Below, one piece after another: positions 15,835-24,779 of a stretch of 29,269 bases of DNA. The stretch lies in assembly GCA_964456085.1 (NCBI GenBank), contig CAYWBF010000001.1:1-29269 (forward strand). The letters run 5' to 3'. Below the pieces are notes generated by a model, which saw only the letters and a program-made list of their open reading frames with translations, searched no databases and was not told the origin of the DNA. Within the stretch, counting starts at the first letter, position 1, and each line of letters opens with the position of its first letter. Position numbers and translations under genes: made by a program. The stretch comes from an uncultured Eubacteriales bacterium. Its GTDB lineage: Bacteria > Bacillota > Clostridia > Lachnospirales > CAYWBF01.

Positions 15835-17790
15835 TTACCTCCCTCTTACGCTGATTTGAGGAATAGCTATCACAACCCCTTCTTGAGGGGTGGAGGCCTT
15901 TATCAAAATCTCGTTGTTGCTGTTTATAAATCTGTTTACGTTATCCGTATACTCATGGCGGAGCAATGGCACAAATGTATTAGCTGTCACATCAAAAATT
16001 TCATAAGCAGCCGCTCCTGCGTCCAAAACGCCTTTTTCAACTACAAAATCCCTGTTCACTTGGAGGGCGGAATAATTAATACCCGGCATTAGCTTAACTA
16101 CAAAAAAATAATCCCCCGGTGCACCGGTATACAGTGAATTCATATAGCTGCTGTCAAATCTAAGGTCAGAATAAATTTGAGAAACGGTAATAAAGCCATA
16201 TGGAAGGCTAATTTCCTTTAGACGGTTTATTTCTACAGGTACGGAAAGCCTGAATAGATTAAAGTTGTGTTTTTTAGGCTCTTTGCCGTTTACTGTGATT
16301 CCGCTGTCAAAAAGCTCTTGGCTGCTAAAAGCATATACTCTTGCTGTAAGATTATCTGTCATGCCAAAATTAATTTCAAACCTATTGTTATAGGCCATGG
16401 ACATTGCAGAAGAAGAGATTAATTGGTAATCTCTGTTAAAGCTATTTTCAAACGCAGTACGCTTAAGACCCATAAGCCTTTTTTCGTTAAGAGACAGACC
16501 TTTGCTTTTTATTGCGACGTCAAAGTTGAAAAGATTGTTTATAGCCATATAGCTTCCAGACTGATCCAAGGTTATAGGCTCTATTTTGTGATTTACAGCA
16601 AGTGTCTCCCCTTTTTTGATGCTATCGTACTTGGCAAAGCTTATTCCAGCCACTATAACGATATCCTCTAGGTCGTAGGGAGTATTATTTTTTATTTCGC
16701 CAATAATCCTGTCACCGTTTATTTCCAGCCGAGTATCTAAGGCACCCTTCATGTCAACGGGGGTATTAAACAGAATATTTTTTGTGGCCCAGGTTATATA
16801 GTCGTAAAAATCAATGGTGTTCTTTTCTTCGCCATATGTTATTTTGTGAAGGTTTTTTTCTAAAAATCTGGTTTTCTTATCCGGTTCGGTAATTTGGTCG
16901 TAGTTGCCATAGCCGTTATATAGATTGTTGCTGTCCCATGGAAAAAAATTTATATTTTTGTTAAGGCTGACAGAAAGAGTAGATTTTTTTGGAGAAAATA
17001 ATCCAATGGCAGATTGCGCCATAGCCTGGCTGTTACTGTTTTCTACATCTATTATAGAAATGGTGTTAATAATAGGTGTTCTATACTCCGTGCCGAAGGA
17101 AGCCAAATACAAAACAAGCGTTAAGCCAATGGCGGCGGCAGGGATTACAATAAATCCCTTTTCCCGTTTGTCCAGCTTTTTAAGTATGGGGTACATTAAC
17201 AAAATAGAGAGGGCGTAAATAACTACTATACCCCAAAGGGCAGTAAGCACTTCCTCCTGTGGTGGCGGAAGGTTAGAGGTTAGGGAGGATAGGTAATAAT
17301 TATCTGAATCTCGCCATGTTGATAGAGTTATTTCCTTATCGTTTACTGTGGTGTAAGGTATAAGAGGTATGGGAAAAACCTTGGAATAAACGTCCTTGCC
17401 CTTTTCATTGACCAAGGCAATTGTGTATTTTTGCTGCATCTCAGGGATATTTATTGTAAATGTAAGCTCCTTGGATTCACCTTGGCCAAGCTCTATAGGG
17501 TTGGCGTATGTTTGCTTGTATATTACGTAATTAGGCGAGCTTGTTTCCAGTCTTAGCTGTGCCTCCCCCTTAATGGGCTGTCCGAGGTTTGTTAGCTTTA
17601 CTTGAAAGGAAATAATCCGAGGCTGTAGATATGTTCCCTCGGAAACAGCTTCAACCTGTATCCCAGCCTCAGAAATCTCCTCCCCACGCACAAAAGGTGT
17701 AATAAAGGCAAAAACCAAAATAAAAACCAATAGTGCAGCAGTAATTCTTGCAAAAAGCCTGCGAGCCTCGTCCCTTTTTAATTTTTTCAT
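15835..17790 (-). CDS. Large membrane-anchored ABC-associated protein of unknown function
   Basis: Signal-like N-terminus, beta-rich domain, central TM hairpin (..LMYPILKKLDKREKGFIVIPAAAIGL..), large beta-rich C-terminal part; AAGGAGG SD; first gene of the ABC module. Confidence 0.8.
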   Translation of the reverse strand: MKKLKRDEARRLFARITAALLVFILVFAFITPFVRGEEISEAGIQVEAVSEGTYLQPRIISFQVKLTNLGQPIKGEAQLRLETSSPNYVIYKQTYANPIELGQGESKELTFTINIPEMQQKYTIALVNEKGKDVYSKVFPIPLIPYTTVNDKEITLSTWRDSDNYYLSSLTSNLPPPQEEVLTALWGIVVIYALSILLMYPILKKLDKREKGFIVIPAAAIGLTLVLYLASFGTEYRTPIINTISIIDVENSNSQAMAQSAIGLFSPKKSTLSVSLNKNINFFPWDSNNLYNGYGNYDQITEPDKKTRFLEKNLHKITYGEEKNTIDFYDYITWATKNILFNTPVDMKGALDTRLEINGDRIIGEIKNNTPYDLEDIVIVAGISFAKYDSIKKGETLAVNHKIEPITLDQSGSYMAINNLFNFDVAIKSKGLSLNEKRLMGLKRTAFENSFNRDYQLISSSAMSMAYNNRFEINFGMTDNLTARVYAFSSQELFDSGITVNGKEPKKHNFNLFRLSVPVEINRLKEISLPYGFITVSQIYSDLRFDSSYMNSLYTGAPGDYFFVVKLMPGINYSALQVNRDFVVEKGVLDAGAAAYEIFDVTANTFVPLLRHEYTDNVNRFINSNNEILIKASTPQEGVVIAIPQISVRGR

Positions 17791-17843
17791 AAGCTCCTCC
17801 TTTTTTATAAATTCTCTTTTACTCCGAACTTGATAACATTTTG

Positions 17844-19688
17844 TTACATTGCACTAAACAACGCATGTAAAAACCGTGAGGGCTTTACTCCTGCCTCATA
17901 CCTGTTTTTCATAACGGATATGTATAAATCATTTTTTGCCCTTGTCATGCCGACGTATAACAGCCGTCGTTCTTCCTCTAGCTCTGCTTGTGTTCTGCTT
18001 TTTTCGTAGGGAATAACCGTTTCCACACAGCCTGCAATAAAAACTGTGTTAAACTCCAGCCCCTTTGAGGAATGGAGTGTGGTCAGCGTTACCGCCGGTA
18101 GATGGGTTTGGTTAACCTTTTTCGTTGAGGAAACCGCTTCCTTTACATGGCTTAAATACTCCGAAATATCCGAAAACCCTTTGGAGGAATCCAAAAGCTC
18201 CTCCATAACCTCAAATAAGGGCTTAAATTCAAGCTTCCTATACTCAGCATATCCCTTCAAGTATTCATCATAGCCTACTGCTTGACGAATATAGCGCATT
18301 GCCTCAAATGGTGTGCGCTTTTTTATTGCCGCCAGATAGAACAGCAGCTCGTCTATTCTTCCTAGCTGCCATGGAGTTAGGCCGGGGGTTTCATATAAAT
18401 TTGAGATGAAGTCACCTTTTTTACGCTTTGCTCTTTCAGCAGCTACATTTTTAATATACCGGGTTGGCTTGTTAATTATTCTATGGGCGTACTCGCCGTT
18501 ATTTGCAGGGTCAAGGGCGGCATACATGTAGGCGATTATGTCCTTAGCCACAAAATGCTCATAAATGGTGGGAAATTCGTCCTTTACTATAAAGGGAAGG
18601 TTTTGGTTAAGCATTGCATCAATAAAAGCACGGGACTGAATATTAGTACGGTATAGCACCGCAAAGCTGTCCAGAGGGGCTTTTTTTGACATAATCTTTA
18701 TTGCCTTGGAAATTTTCCCAGCTTCTTCGGATATATCGTCAAAAATCAGCAGCTTAGGAGGTGAGCCCTCTATTCCCGTGCCTTTAATATCCTTAAAATA
18801 TCTGTGAAGGTTTTCGTCGATTATTATTTTGCTGCTGCTTATTAATTTCTCGGTGGAACGGTAGTTGGTGCTTAGGATTATTTGCTGTGCATTTTCAAAA
18901 TCCTTTGGGAAGTTAATTAAAAAGTCCGGACGTGCACCTCTGAAGCGGTAGATACTTTGGTCGTCATCTCCTACTACGAAAATATTTCCATGGGGGCATA
19001 GCAGCTTTAATGTTTCGTATTGCACCCTGTTTATATCCTGAAATTCGTCGCACAAAATAAATTTGTATCTGTCCTGCCATTGCTGTAACACCTCTGGTCT
19101 TTCAGTAAGCAGCTCATGGCATTTTACCAGCATGTCGTCAAAATCAATTTTGTTGTGCTCTGACTTTTGCGTTTCGTATGCTCTGTATATATTTAAAAAA
19201 TCCTCTGCACCCATAGTTTGAGAATTATAGTACCTGTGGTCTAGCAGCTCGTTTTTGATTAGGCTTATTTCATTGCCTATGCTTTGAAAAAATTCCTCGT
19301 CGGTTTCCATTTCTAAGCCGCTTTTGAAAACAATTTGTTTTAGTGCCTGTCGGCGCTCGTCTTCGTGGAGCACATTGTCTGTAGAGTAGCCGTAGGCGCT
19401 TCTTAATATTCTGAAAAAATAGGCGTGGAAGGTTGAGAAGGTAGGCAGCTGAAAGGGGTTTTCTCCTATGAGCTGCTTAAACCTTTGGGACATTTCTGTT
19501 GCTGCTGCCTTTGTAAAAGTTATTACCAGAATGTCCTTCGGGTTAACGCCCTTTTCCTTTATTAAGTAGCCAAGCCTATAAGTAATGACAGTAGTTTTAC
19601 CGCTGCCCGGCCCTGCCAGTACAAGCATAGGGCCTTTAAAATGGCTGACGGCAGATTTTTGATGTTCATTTAAAATAAATTGCTGCAT
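17844..19688 (-). CDS. UvrD/PcrA-like superfamily 1 ATP-dependent DNA helicase (short form)
   Basis: LNEHQKSAV Q motif, AGPGSGKT, ITFTKAAA, DEFQD, VGDDDQSIYRFRGA, NYRS, TLHSSKGLEF, EERRLLYVGMTRAK; 614 aa, ends soon after motif VI. Confidence 0.93.
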   Translation of the reverse strand: MQQFILNEHQKSAVSHFKGPMLVLAGPGSGKTTVITYRLGYLIKEKGVNPKDILVITFTKAAATEMSQRFKQLIGENPFQLPTFSTFHAYFFRILRSAYGYSTDNVLHEDERRQALKQIVFKSGLEMETDEEFFQSIGNEISLIKNELLDHRYYNSQTMGAEDFLNIYRAYETQKSEHNKIDFDDMLVKCHELLTERPEVLQQWQDRYKFILCDEFQDINRVQYETLKLLCPHGNIFVVGDDDQSIYRFRGARPDFLINFPKDFENAQQIILSTNYRSTEKLISSSKIIIDENLHRYFKDIKGTGIEGSPPKLLIFDDISEEAGKISKAIKIMSKKAPLDSFAVLYRTNIQSRAFIDAMLNQNLPFIVKDEFPTIYEHFVAKDIIAYMYAALDPANNGEYAHRIINKPTRYIKNVAAERAKRKKGDFISNLYETPGLTPWQLGRIDELLFYLAAIKKRTPFEAMRYIRQAVGYDEYLKGYAEYRKLEFKPLFEVMEELLDSSKGFSDISEYLSHVKEAVSSTKKVNQTHLPAVTLTTLHSSKGLEFNTVFIAGCVETVIPYEKSRTQAELEEERRLLYVGMTRAKNDLYISVMKNRYEAGVKPSRFLHALFSAM

Positions 19689-19794
19689 AATTCACCATTG
19701 CTTCCAAATCATGTTTTGCTTTAGAGACTGTTTGAAAATAAGTTGTTCCCAAGCAGACCCTTAGGCAGTCATATAAAATTACAACCTATTTTGC

Positions 19795-19824
19795 ATTATA
19801 CTATAATTCATTCAATTTTTACAA
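19795..19824 (-). promoter_or_regulatory. Candidate sigma-A promoter of the helicase gene
   Basis: TTGTAA(19824-19819)-18 bp-TATAAT(19800-19795). Confidence 0.4.
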
Positions 19825-19942
19825 ATTAAATTGGCTGCTCATATAAAGAGTGGAGGTATAAAATTATTAATAGTACAGCTTTTGCATAAACAAGGTTTAT
19901 CCCGAATAAAAATTTATAAAGGAAAATTCGGGAGAGGGAGCC

Positions 19943-20653
19943 ATGAAAAGTATTGGAGTAAAAAATTTGAGAGTCAAGAAAGAAAAGGTCTTTATCATTT
20001 TGTATGTAATAATTATTTTTATAGGAATAGTCACAGCATATAGCAGAGACATAGTCCAAACCTTTTCCATGCCTCTTTCCAAGAAAATTGTTATAATAGA
20101 CGCAGGACACGGAGGCTTTGACCCGGGGAAAATGGCTGGGAAAACGCTGGAGAAGGAAATCAATCTGGCTATAGCTAAAAAGCTTCAAGCTTATTTGGAG
20201 CAGGGCGGCTGCTTGGTATTTATGACAAGGATTGACGATGATGCCTTAAGCTCCGAGAAAAAGGACGATATGTGGAAAAGAAAGATTATTGCAAATTCCA
20301 GTAAGGCTGACGTTTTTATTAGTATTCATCAAAATGCCTACCATATATCAGGGATCAAGGGTGCACAGGTGTTTTATTTTAACGAATCAGACAACAGCAA
20401 GCTGCTGGCAGAATCCATTCAAGACGAATTAAAACGAACCGTAGACCCATACAACCAACGGACTGCAACCTCTAACAAAAGCTACTTCGTACTACGGCAA
20501 ACGAAAATGCCTGCTGTTATAGTAGAATGTGGCTTTTTAACCAACTCACACGACAAGTCACGGCTGCAAAATGACGGTTACCAGGAAAAAATAGCTTGGG
20601 GGATTTATTCCGGTATAGTTAAATACTTTGAGGTAGCTGACAATAAAAAATAA
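19943..20653 (+). CDS. cwlD: Spore cortex N-acetylmuramoyl-L-alanine amidase CwlD-like
   Basis: N-terminal anchor then TFSMPLSKKIVIIDAGHGGFDPG, LEKEINL, SIHQNA, GAQVFY, IVECGFLTN; single Amidase_3 domain of CwlD size. Confidence 0.82.
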   Translation: MKSIGVKNLRVKKEKVFIILYVIIIFIGIVTAYSRDIVQTFSMPLSKKIVIIDAGHGGFDPGKMAGKTLEKEINLAIAKKLQAYLEQGGCLVFMTRIDDDALSSEKKDDMWKRKIIANSSKADVFISIHQNAYHISGIKGAQVFYFNESDNSKLLAESIQDELKRTVDPYNQRTATSNKSYFVLRQTKMPAVIVECGFLTNSHDKSRLQNDGYQEKIAWGIYSGIVKYFEVADNKK

Positions 20654-20681
20654 TTTGGCTTAAATGCCAGCAGAAAAAAAA

Positions 20682-20722
20682 CCATGCATTATGAGTGTTA
20701 AATAATGCATGGCTTTTATTTT
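20682..20722 (+). terminator. Intrinsic terminator after cwlD
   Basis: CCATGCATTAT / ATAATGCATGG followed by CTTTTATTTT. Confidence 0.75.
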
Positions 20723-20812
20723 GAAACTTGCTATAACACAAGAAAAGGCTACTGGAGAATATCCAGTAACCCATAGGTATGCTGCTCAAATAATGGGCAG
20801 CTTTCTACTCAA

Positions 20813-21697
20813 CTATTGTTGGTAAGCAGAAAGGTCGACACTATCCAAAACTGCTTTGCGTTCCTTCTCGTCAAATCCGAAGAATACAACGGCATAATTA
20901 TATTCGCCTATAATTATGTTTGCAATATGAGCTGTTCTTTCACCGGCTTCGTCGGTTTCGGTTAATGTGGTAAATTCTAAGCCTTGTTTGCTTTTATAAG
21001 AACCTTGGCTGCCTTTATCCATTTCGCTGGAAGTATATCTTGTTACTGATTCGCCCTTTGGCGTAATTTCACGTGAAGTTGTAATTCCAAACAAACGGCC
21101 GTTTTCGTCTTCGTAGTTTAGCCAAACTGAGCGTGTTTCAATACCCTTTCCCCATTCCAGGATAGTACCTACTATACTAGAAATCTTCATATCCGGCATG
21201 GACGCTGGCAATATCAACTTCATATCCATTTCCTTTTCGGCTTCTTCAATAGAATTAAAAGTTAGATCTTTAGATTCAACATTTGCAGCTGGTGCTTCTT
21301 GGTCATGTGCTTCTTGTTCAGGTCTTTCATTAATATCTACGTCAATTAAATCCTCTGCTTCCTTTTGGGTCATGTTTTCCGTTGTTCTTAGGACAACAAA
21401 CCTGTCGTCTTTCGCAAACGAAAATACATTAAGTACATTTGCTGCGTATACAGAAGCGCCTAATGCTGCTACAACTGCGGCAATGGCGGCTAATTTTAAA
21501 TATTTTTTTGGTTTCATATTAATTTGCTCCTTTTTACTTAAGTTTTTAATACGTGCGGCAAATATTTTTGGGTCCTCTGCTATTATTTGCTGGCTTTCCA
21601 TATGGCGTAAAGCTTCTATGCCTTTGTTAATTTCTTCTACATTCATCATATCGATTGCATTGTCAATGTCATGCAGCAGCTTTTGCTTTTCGTTCAA
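20813..21697 (-). CDS. Putative membrane anti-sigma factor (cytoplasmic N-terminus, one TM, extracellular domain)
   Basis: TTG start at 21697 after GAGGAGG SD (track start 21721 lacks an SD); TM LAAIAAVVAALGASVYA at about aa 68-85; directly downstream of the ECF sigma gene. Confidence 0.75.
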   Translation of the reverse strand: MNEKQKLLHDIDNAIDMMNVEEINKGIEALRHMESQQIIAEDPKIFAARIKNLSKKEQINMKPKKYLKLAAIAAVVAALGASVYAANVLNVFSFAKDDRFVVLRTTENMTQKEAEDLIDVDINERPEQEAHDQEAPAANVESKDLTFNSIEEAEKEMDMKLILPASMPDMKISSIVGTILEWGKGIETRSVWLNYEDENGRLFGITTSREITPKGESVTRYTSSEMDKGSQGSYKSKQGLEFTTLTETDEAGERTAHIANIIIGEYNYAVVFFGFDEKERKAVLDSVDLSAYQQ

Positions 21698-21746
21698 TGG
21701 AATTCCTCCTCTCACTTCCAACTGGCCAATTGGGTGTTCATTTATA

Positions 21747-21773
21747 TATGCTTTTATTACTTCCGTTGTAACA
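21747..21773 (-). promoter_or_regulatory. Candidate alternative-sigma promoter, copy 2 (TGTTACA-N15-GCATA)
   Basis: Same motif and spacing as copy 1 at 22352-22378. Confidence 0.5.
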
Positions 21774-21778
21774 TAACT

Positions 21779-22327
21779 TTAAAAAATAAATTGTTCTTCC
21801 GCAATTTTTGAAATTATGCCTTTAATTTCACGCCTAAGGCGAACATATCTCATTCTTAATGCTGTTTCCTCAATACCAAGGATTGCTGCGATTTCGCCCA
21901 TACCCTTTTGATTAATGTAGTAAAGAGAATATAGCTTAAGCTTGTCCTCAGAAAGATAGGATAGCACAGTATCTATGTAGGCATCCTCATTAATTTCTTT
22001 GTCTAAAAATGTGGTTATTTCTGAATTTAAATCAAGTATTCCTTCTGTTTCCTCATCAGTTGGCTGCTCTTTTGCTAGTCTTGCAAAGCTTTGGCGGCGA
22101 GCTTTTTTAACAAGGGTTTTAGTAGTTTGAAATAAGAAGCCTCCTGGGTTTGGGTGGGTTGAGAGAAGCTCCATTTTTTCACATGCCACAAGAAAAACCT
22201 CTTGGGTGTAATCTCTAGCGGAAGCTTCATTACCTAGTGCCGCATAAAGGTATCTTAGTATTTTTTCGTAGTATTCCTCGCATAGGCTTTCAAATGAGAT
22301 ACTAGATTTTTTTCTGTTACCAAACAA
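21779..22327 (-). CDS. ECF-type RNA polymerase sigma factor
   Basis: FESLCEEYYEKILRYLY...ARDYTQEVFL (region 2), LYYINQKGMGEIAAILGIEETALRMRYVRLR (region 4 HTH); TTG start with AGAGGTG SD. Confidence 0.92.
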   Translation of the reverse strand: MFGNRKKSSISFESLCEEYYEKILRYLYAALGNEASARDYTQEVFLVACEKMELLSTHPNPGGFLFQTTKTLVKKARRQSFARLAKEQPTDEETEGILDLNSEITTFLDKEINEDAYIDTVLSYLSEDKLKLYSLYYINQKGMGEIAAILGIEETALRMRYVRLRREIKGIISKIAEEQFIF

Positions 22328-22351
22328 ATGTACATCACCTCTTTAGTTTAT

Positions 22352-22378
22352 TATGCAGCAGTTTAGTTTAATGTAACA
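22352..22378 (-). promoter_or_regulatory. Candidate alternative-sigma promoter, copy 1 (TGTTACA-N15-GCATA)
   Basis: Ends 24 nt upstream of the sigma start codon. Confidence 0.5.
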
Positions 22379-22979
22379 TTTTTTTATGATAAAAATTTAA
22401 TTGAATCTTTCTTATGGTTCATGTAATTTTTTAGAAGTAATATTATATCAGCTTAAATGCATAAGCACAGCTTTGAACAGGCTCTGGCTCAAATAAAGTT
22501 TAATCCTATGAATCAAACTGTCACATACTACAAAAGCTACCCATTATTATTTTATATTTTGTAAAGGTCTATATTTTTCAAGCCAATAAAGGCTTATTCT
22601 TTTGCCGGCGCAGTATATAGTAAATACTGTTTAAGAATAAGAGATAATTGAGCGAGAATTTCCGAAAACTATAAAGATGTGGTTTGTCAAGGTGTTAATT
22701 TTTAAGTTAAATAAGAAACAGAAATAATGTTCCATGGAGTCACAAAACAGGACTCCATGTTTTACTAATTGCACTACTTATAGCTGATAAGTTCACAACT
22801 ACATTGCGGTTTAACGTTTTTGCTTCCTGCATTAGCCGATTCTTTTTGTCTTTATTTTGGCGTATTTCTTCTTTTACCCTTACGATTTTCTTGTCCAACA
22901 TTTTAAAATAATCCTTTCTAATTTTATTTTTGGGTAATAAAAAAGCGGGCAAAAACCGCTCCCATTAAAACCGAAAAGC

Positions 22980-23019
22980 AAAAAAATAGTGACTAATCAA
23001 AAATAGTCACTATTTTTTT
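22980..23019. terminator. Bidirectional terminator-like hairpin
   Basis: AAAAAAATAGTGACTA / TAGTCACTATTTTTTT. Confidence 0.75.
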
Positions 23020-23037
23020 GCATAAATATAACGTGAG

Positions 23038-23086
23038 TTCGACGAAGTCGAATAATCCGCAAAGCGGATTAGATTGCGAAGCAATC
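23038..23086. repeat. Three abutting perfect palindromes with 3-nt loops
   Basis: TTCGAC-GAA-GTCGAA, TAATCCGC-AAA-GCGGATTA and GATTGC-GAA-GCAATC, with no spacer between them. Confidence 0.9.
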
Positions 23087-23091
23087 TTCAA

Positions 23092-23722
23092 GTATTTCAT
23101 TTTTGAATCCACGATTACGAATTTCTTTCCAAATTTGCTCTATAGGGTTCATTTCGGGCGTGTATGGCAAAAGGATAAAAAGTTTTATGTTGTGGGGAAT
23201 TTCTGAGGTTTTTGATTTGTGCCACGCAGCACCATCTACACCAAGAAGAATCATATCGTCTGGATAAGTTTTAGATATTTCTCTTAAAAACAAATTCATG
23301 CACACAGTATTTACATATGGTAAAACAAGAAAAAAGTGTTCACCTGTAGAAGGCTCTACTCAAATTGCCTTAAGAATTTATCAGCCTCATCTTTACTCAT
23401 GGTACAATTATTACCGCCTTTGCGGCCATCACAAAGCAAAGCTTTAAGCCCTTTAATTCAATATAGTGATACCAGCTGGCTTACTCTTTTAGGGCGATTT
23501 CCGCTGCTTCAGTATTGCTTTTTTCCTCACCTCTTAGAGCAACCGTCATTAGTCTCTTGTAATATTTTGCATTCTCTTTTTTATTCATTGCTTCACGTAT
23601 TTCTAAAGTGTTTTCCACCGTTACTTTATATACTTTTGACATGTCTCTTCACCATATTATTTTTATCATATATTGGTATTACTTTCTATATTTTTATTCG
23701 GAAATAGTATGAATGCATTATA
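23092..23722 (-). mobile_element. Decayed IS630-family insertion sequence (transposase pseudogene)
   Basis: N-terminal fragment from ATG 23642 (MSKVYKV...YYKRLMTVALRGE; after a frameshift PKRVSQLVSLY*..LLCDGRKGGNN) fused to a DDE fragment VEPSTGEHFFLVLPYVNT...VDGAAWHKS...LPYTPEMNPIEQIWKEIR..GFKNE. Stops, frameshifts and an internal deletion near 23357. Left end placed at TATAATGCATTCATAC (inferred). Confidence 0.85.
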
Positions 23723-23725
23723 TTA

Positions 23726-23760
23726 TAGCCCGCATCTTTTTATAAGGTGTGGGCTGTTTT
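23726..23760 (+). terminator. Plus-strand terminator-like hairpin with no upstream plus-strand gene
   Basis: AGCCCGCATCTT / AAGGTGTGGGCT (two G-U pairs on the plus strand) followed by GTTTT. Confidence 0.55.
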
Positions 23761-23811
23761 ACGCTTACCTTTACGCTTACGTTTGAATACGTTTTTTACA
23801 ACGAATAAACC

Positions 23812-23859
23812 AGAAAAAACCCCTCTACAGTTTATTACCAACTGCATAGGGGTTTTTCT
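23812..23859 (-). terminator. Terminator of the Liv-acetamidase operon
   Basis: AGAAAAA(A)CCCCT / AGGGGTTTTTCT arms immediately after the stop codon. Confidence 0.8.
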
Positions 23860-23860
23860 T

Positions 23861-24775
23861 TTACAATGTACCGATCCTTGCAAATCCCAATTCAGCAAGC
23901 ACTGACTTTGGAAACTCAAATCGCACAGTAATTTCAGGATCAACTACTTGACAAAATTTTAGGTTACCTACAAGGCTCATCAAACGCCCAGCATCCCCTT
24001 GGCTTAAGCCAACAATCCCTGTCAAAAAGACAAACATATTCTCTGTTGCCAGTTTATATGCCTCGTCTGATGTCTTAGCTGAGGAAATGGTTGCAAATAC
24101 TTCATTGGTTTCAACAAACGGAGTAGGAAGCTTGGGAACATCCACCACTGTAGCTGTCAGTGTAACACGTGCCGGTGTTTCTGCACCGCAAACCAACACC
24201 TCACCGTCACCCATCAGCGCATGGGCATCTCCGCAACCAAAAAGGCCGCCATCTACATTTGCATGTAAGTAGAGAGAAGAATCCTCGCAGATTAAATTAC
24301 AATCCATATTGCCACCGTGGCTGCCCGGCACGCCGTTGGGTATGCTATCAGAGACCGGTGCAAGGCCTATTACACCTATCATGGGCTTTAACGGCAGTTT
24401 TAGGTTGCCTTTCGTCGTGGAAACAGAGAGCAAACCGTTGTCGTTGTCCATCACACATGTTGAGGCCTCGGTAATGCCGCTTAATATCCCTGCCCCAGGA
24501 ATGGTAGTCATGACGGATTTTCCGATTAACTCCAGCTTATTTATATGAATACGAACCACATCCCCCGACTTTACACCTTCTATGTAAACCGGGCCTGTTG
24601 CTGGGTTTATATTGCTCCAATCCAAATTGTCTTGAGTGTCCTCGTTGGATTTAAGTTGATTGGAAAAGCAATCACGGGTTTCTAAAGAAAACTGCTCATT
24701 TTGCGCTACCGTTAACTGTGGAGTTAGTGTTTTATCAAAAGCATAAAATAATTTATTATCATTTAACGATTTCAT
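23861..24775 (-). CDS. Acetamidase/formamidase family protein
   Basis: ETRDCFSNQ, INPATGPVYIEGVKSGD, PMIGVIG, PGSHGGNMD, GDAHALMGDGEV motifs (FmdA_AmdA family). Confidence 0.92.
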   Translation of the reverse strand: MKSLNDNKLFYAFDKTLTPQLTVAQNEQFSLETRDCFSNQLKSNEDTQDNLDWSNINPATGPVYIEGVKSGDVVRIHINKLELIGKSVMTTIPGAGILSGITEASTCVMDNDNGLLSVSTTKGNLKLPLKPMIGVIGLAPVSDSIPNGVPGSHGGNMDCNLICEDSSLYLHANVDGGLFGCGDAHALMGDGEVLVCGAETPARVTLTATVVDVPKLPTPFVETNEVFATISSAKTSDEAYKLATENMFVFLTGIVGLSQGDAGRLMSLVGNLKFCQVVDPEITVRFEFPKSVLAELGFARIGTL

Positions 24776-24779
24776 ATCT

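Noticed and set aside
20740-20805. Two extra small hairpins between cwlD and the anti-sigma gene
   Set aside because: Consistent with ordinary terminators or stabilisers for convergent genes; no further signal.
5730-21776. Numerous 60-190 aa ORFs antisense to or nested in the LysM gene, dnaX, recR, dnaB, rplI, gdpP, HAD, ABC, helicase, cwlD and anti-sigma genes
   Set aside because: All overlap well-supported genes on the other strand or frame and show no family motifs; typical shadow ORFs.
22400-22952. Short ORF MLDKKIVRVKEEIRQ... (22740-22901) and broken frames downstream
   Set aside because: Has a weak SD and may be a gene relic, but I recognise no family and the frames are interrupted by stops; not supportable as a feature.
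23018-23206. Plus-strand 62-aa ORF, and an attC-like reading of ATATAAC next to the palindromes
   Set aside because: The ORF is a by-product of the palindromes and IS antisense; ATATAAC does not fit RYYYAAC strictly, there is no matching GTTRRRY end, no cassette array and no integrase in the window.
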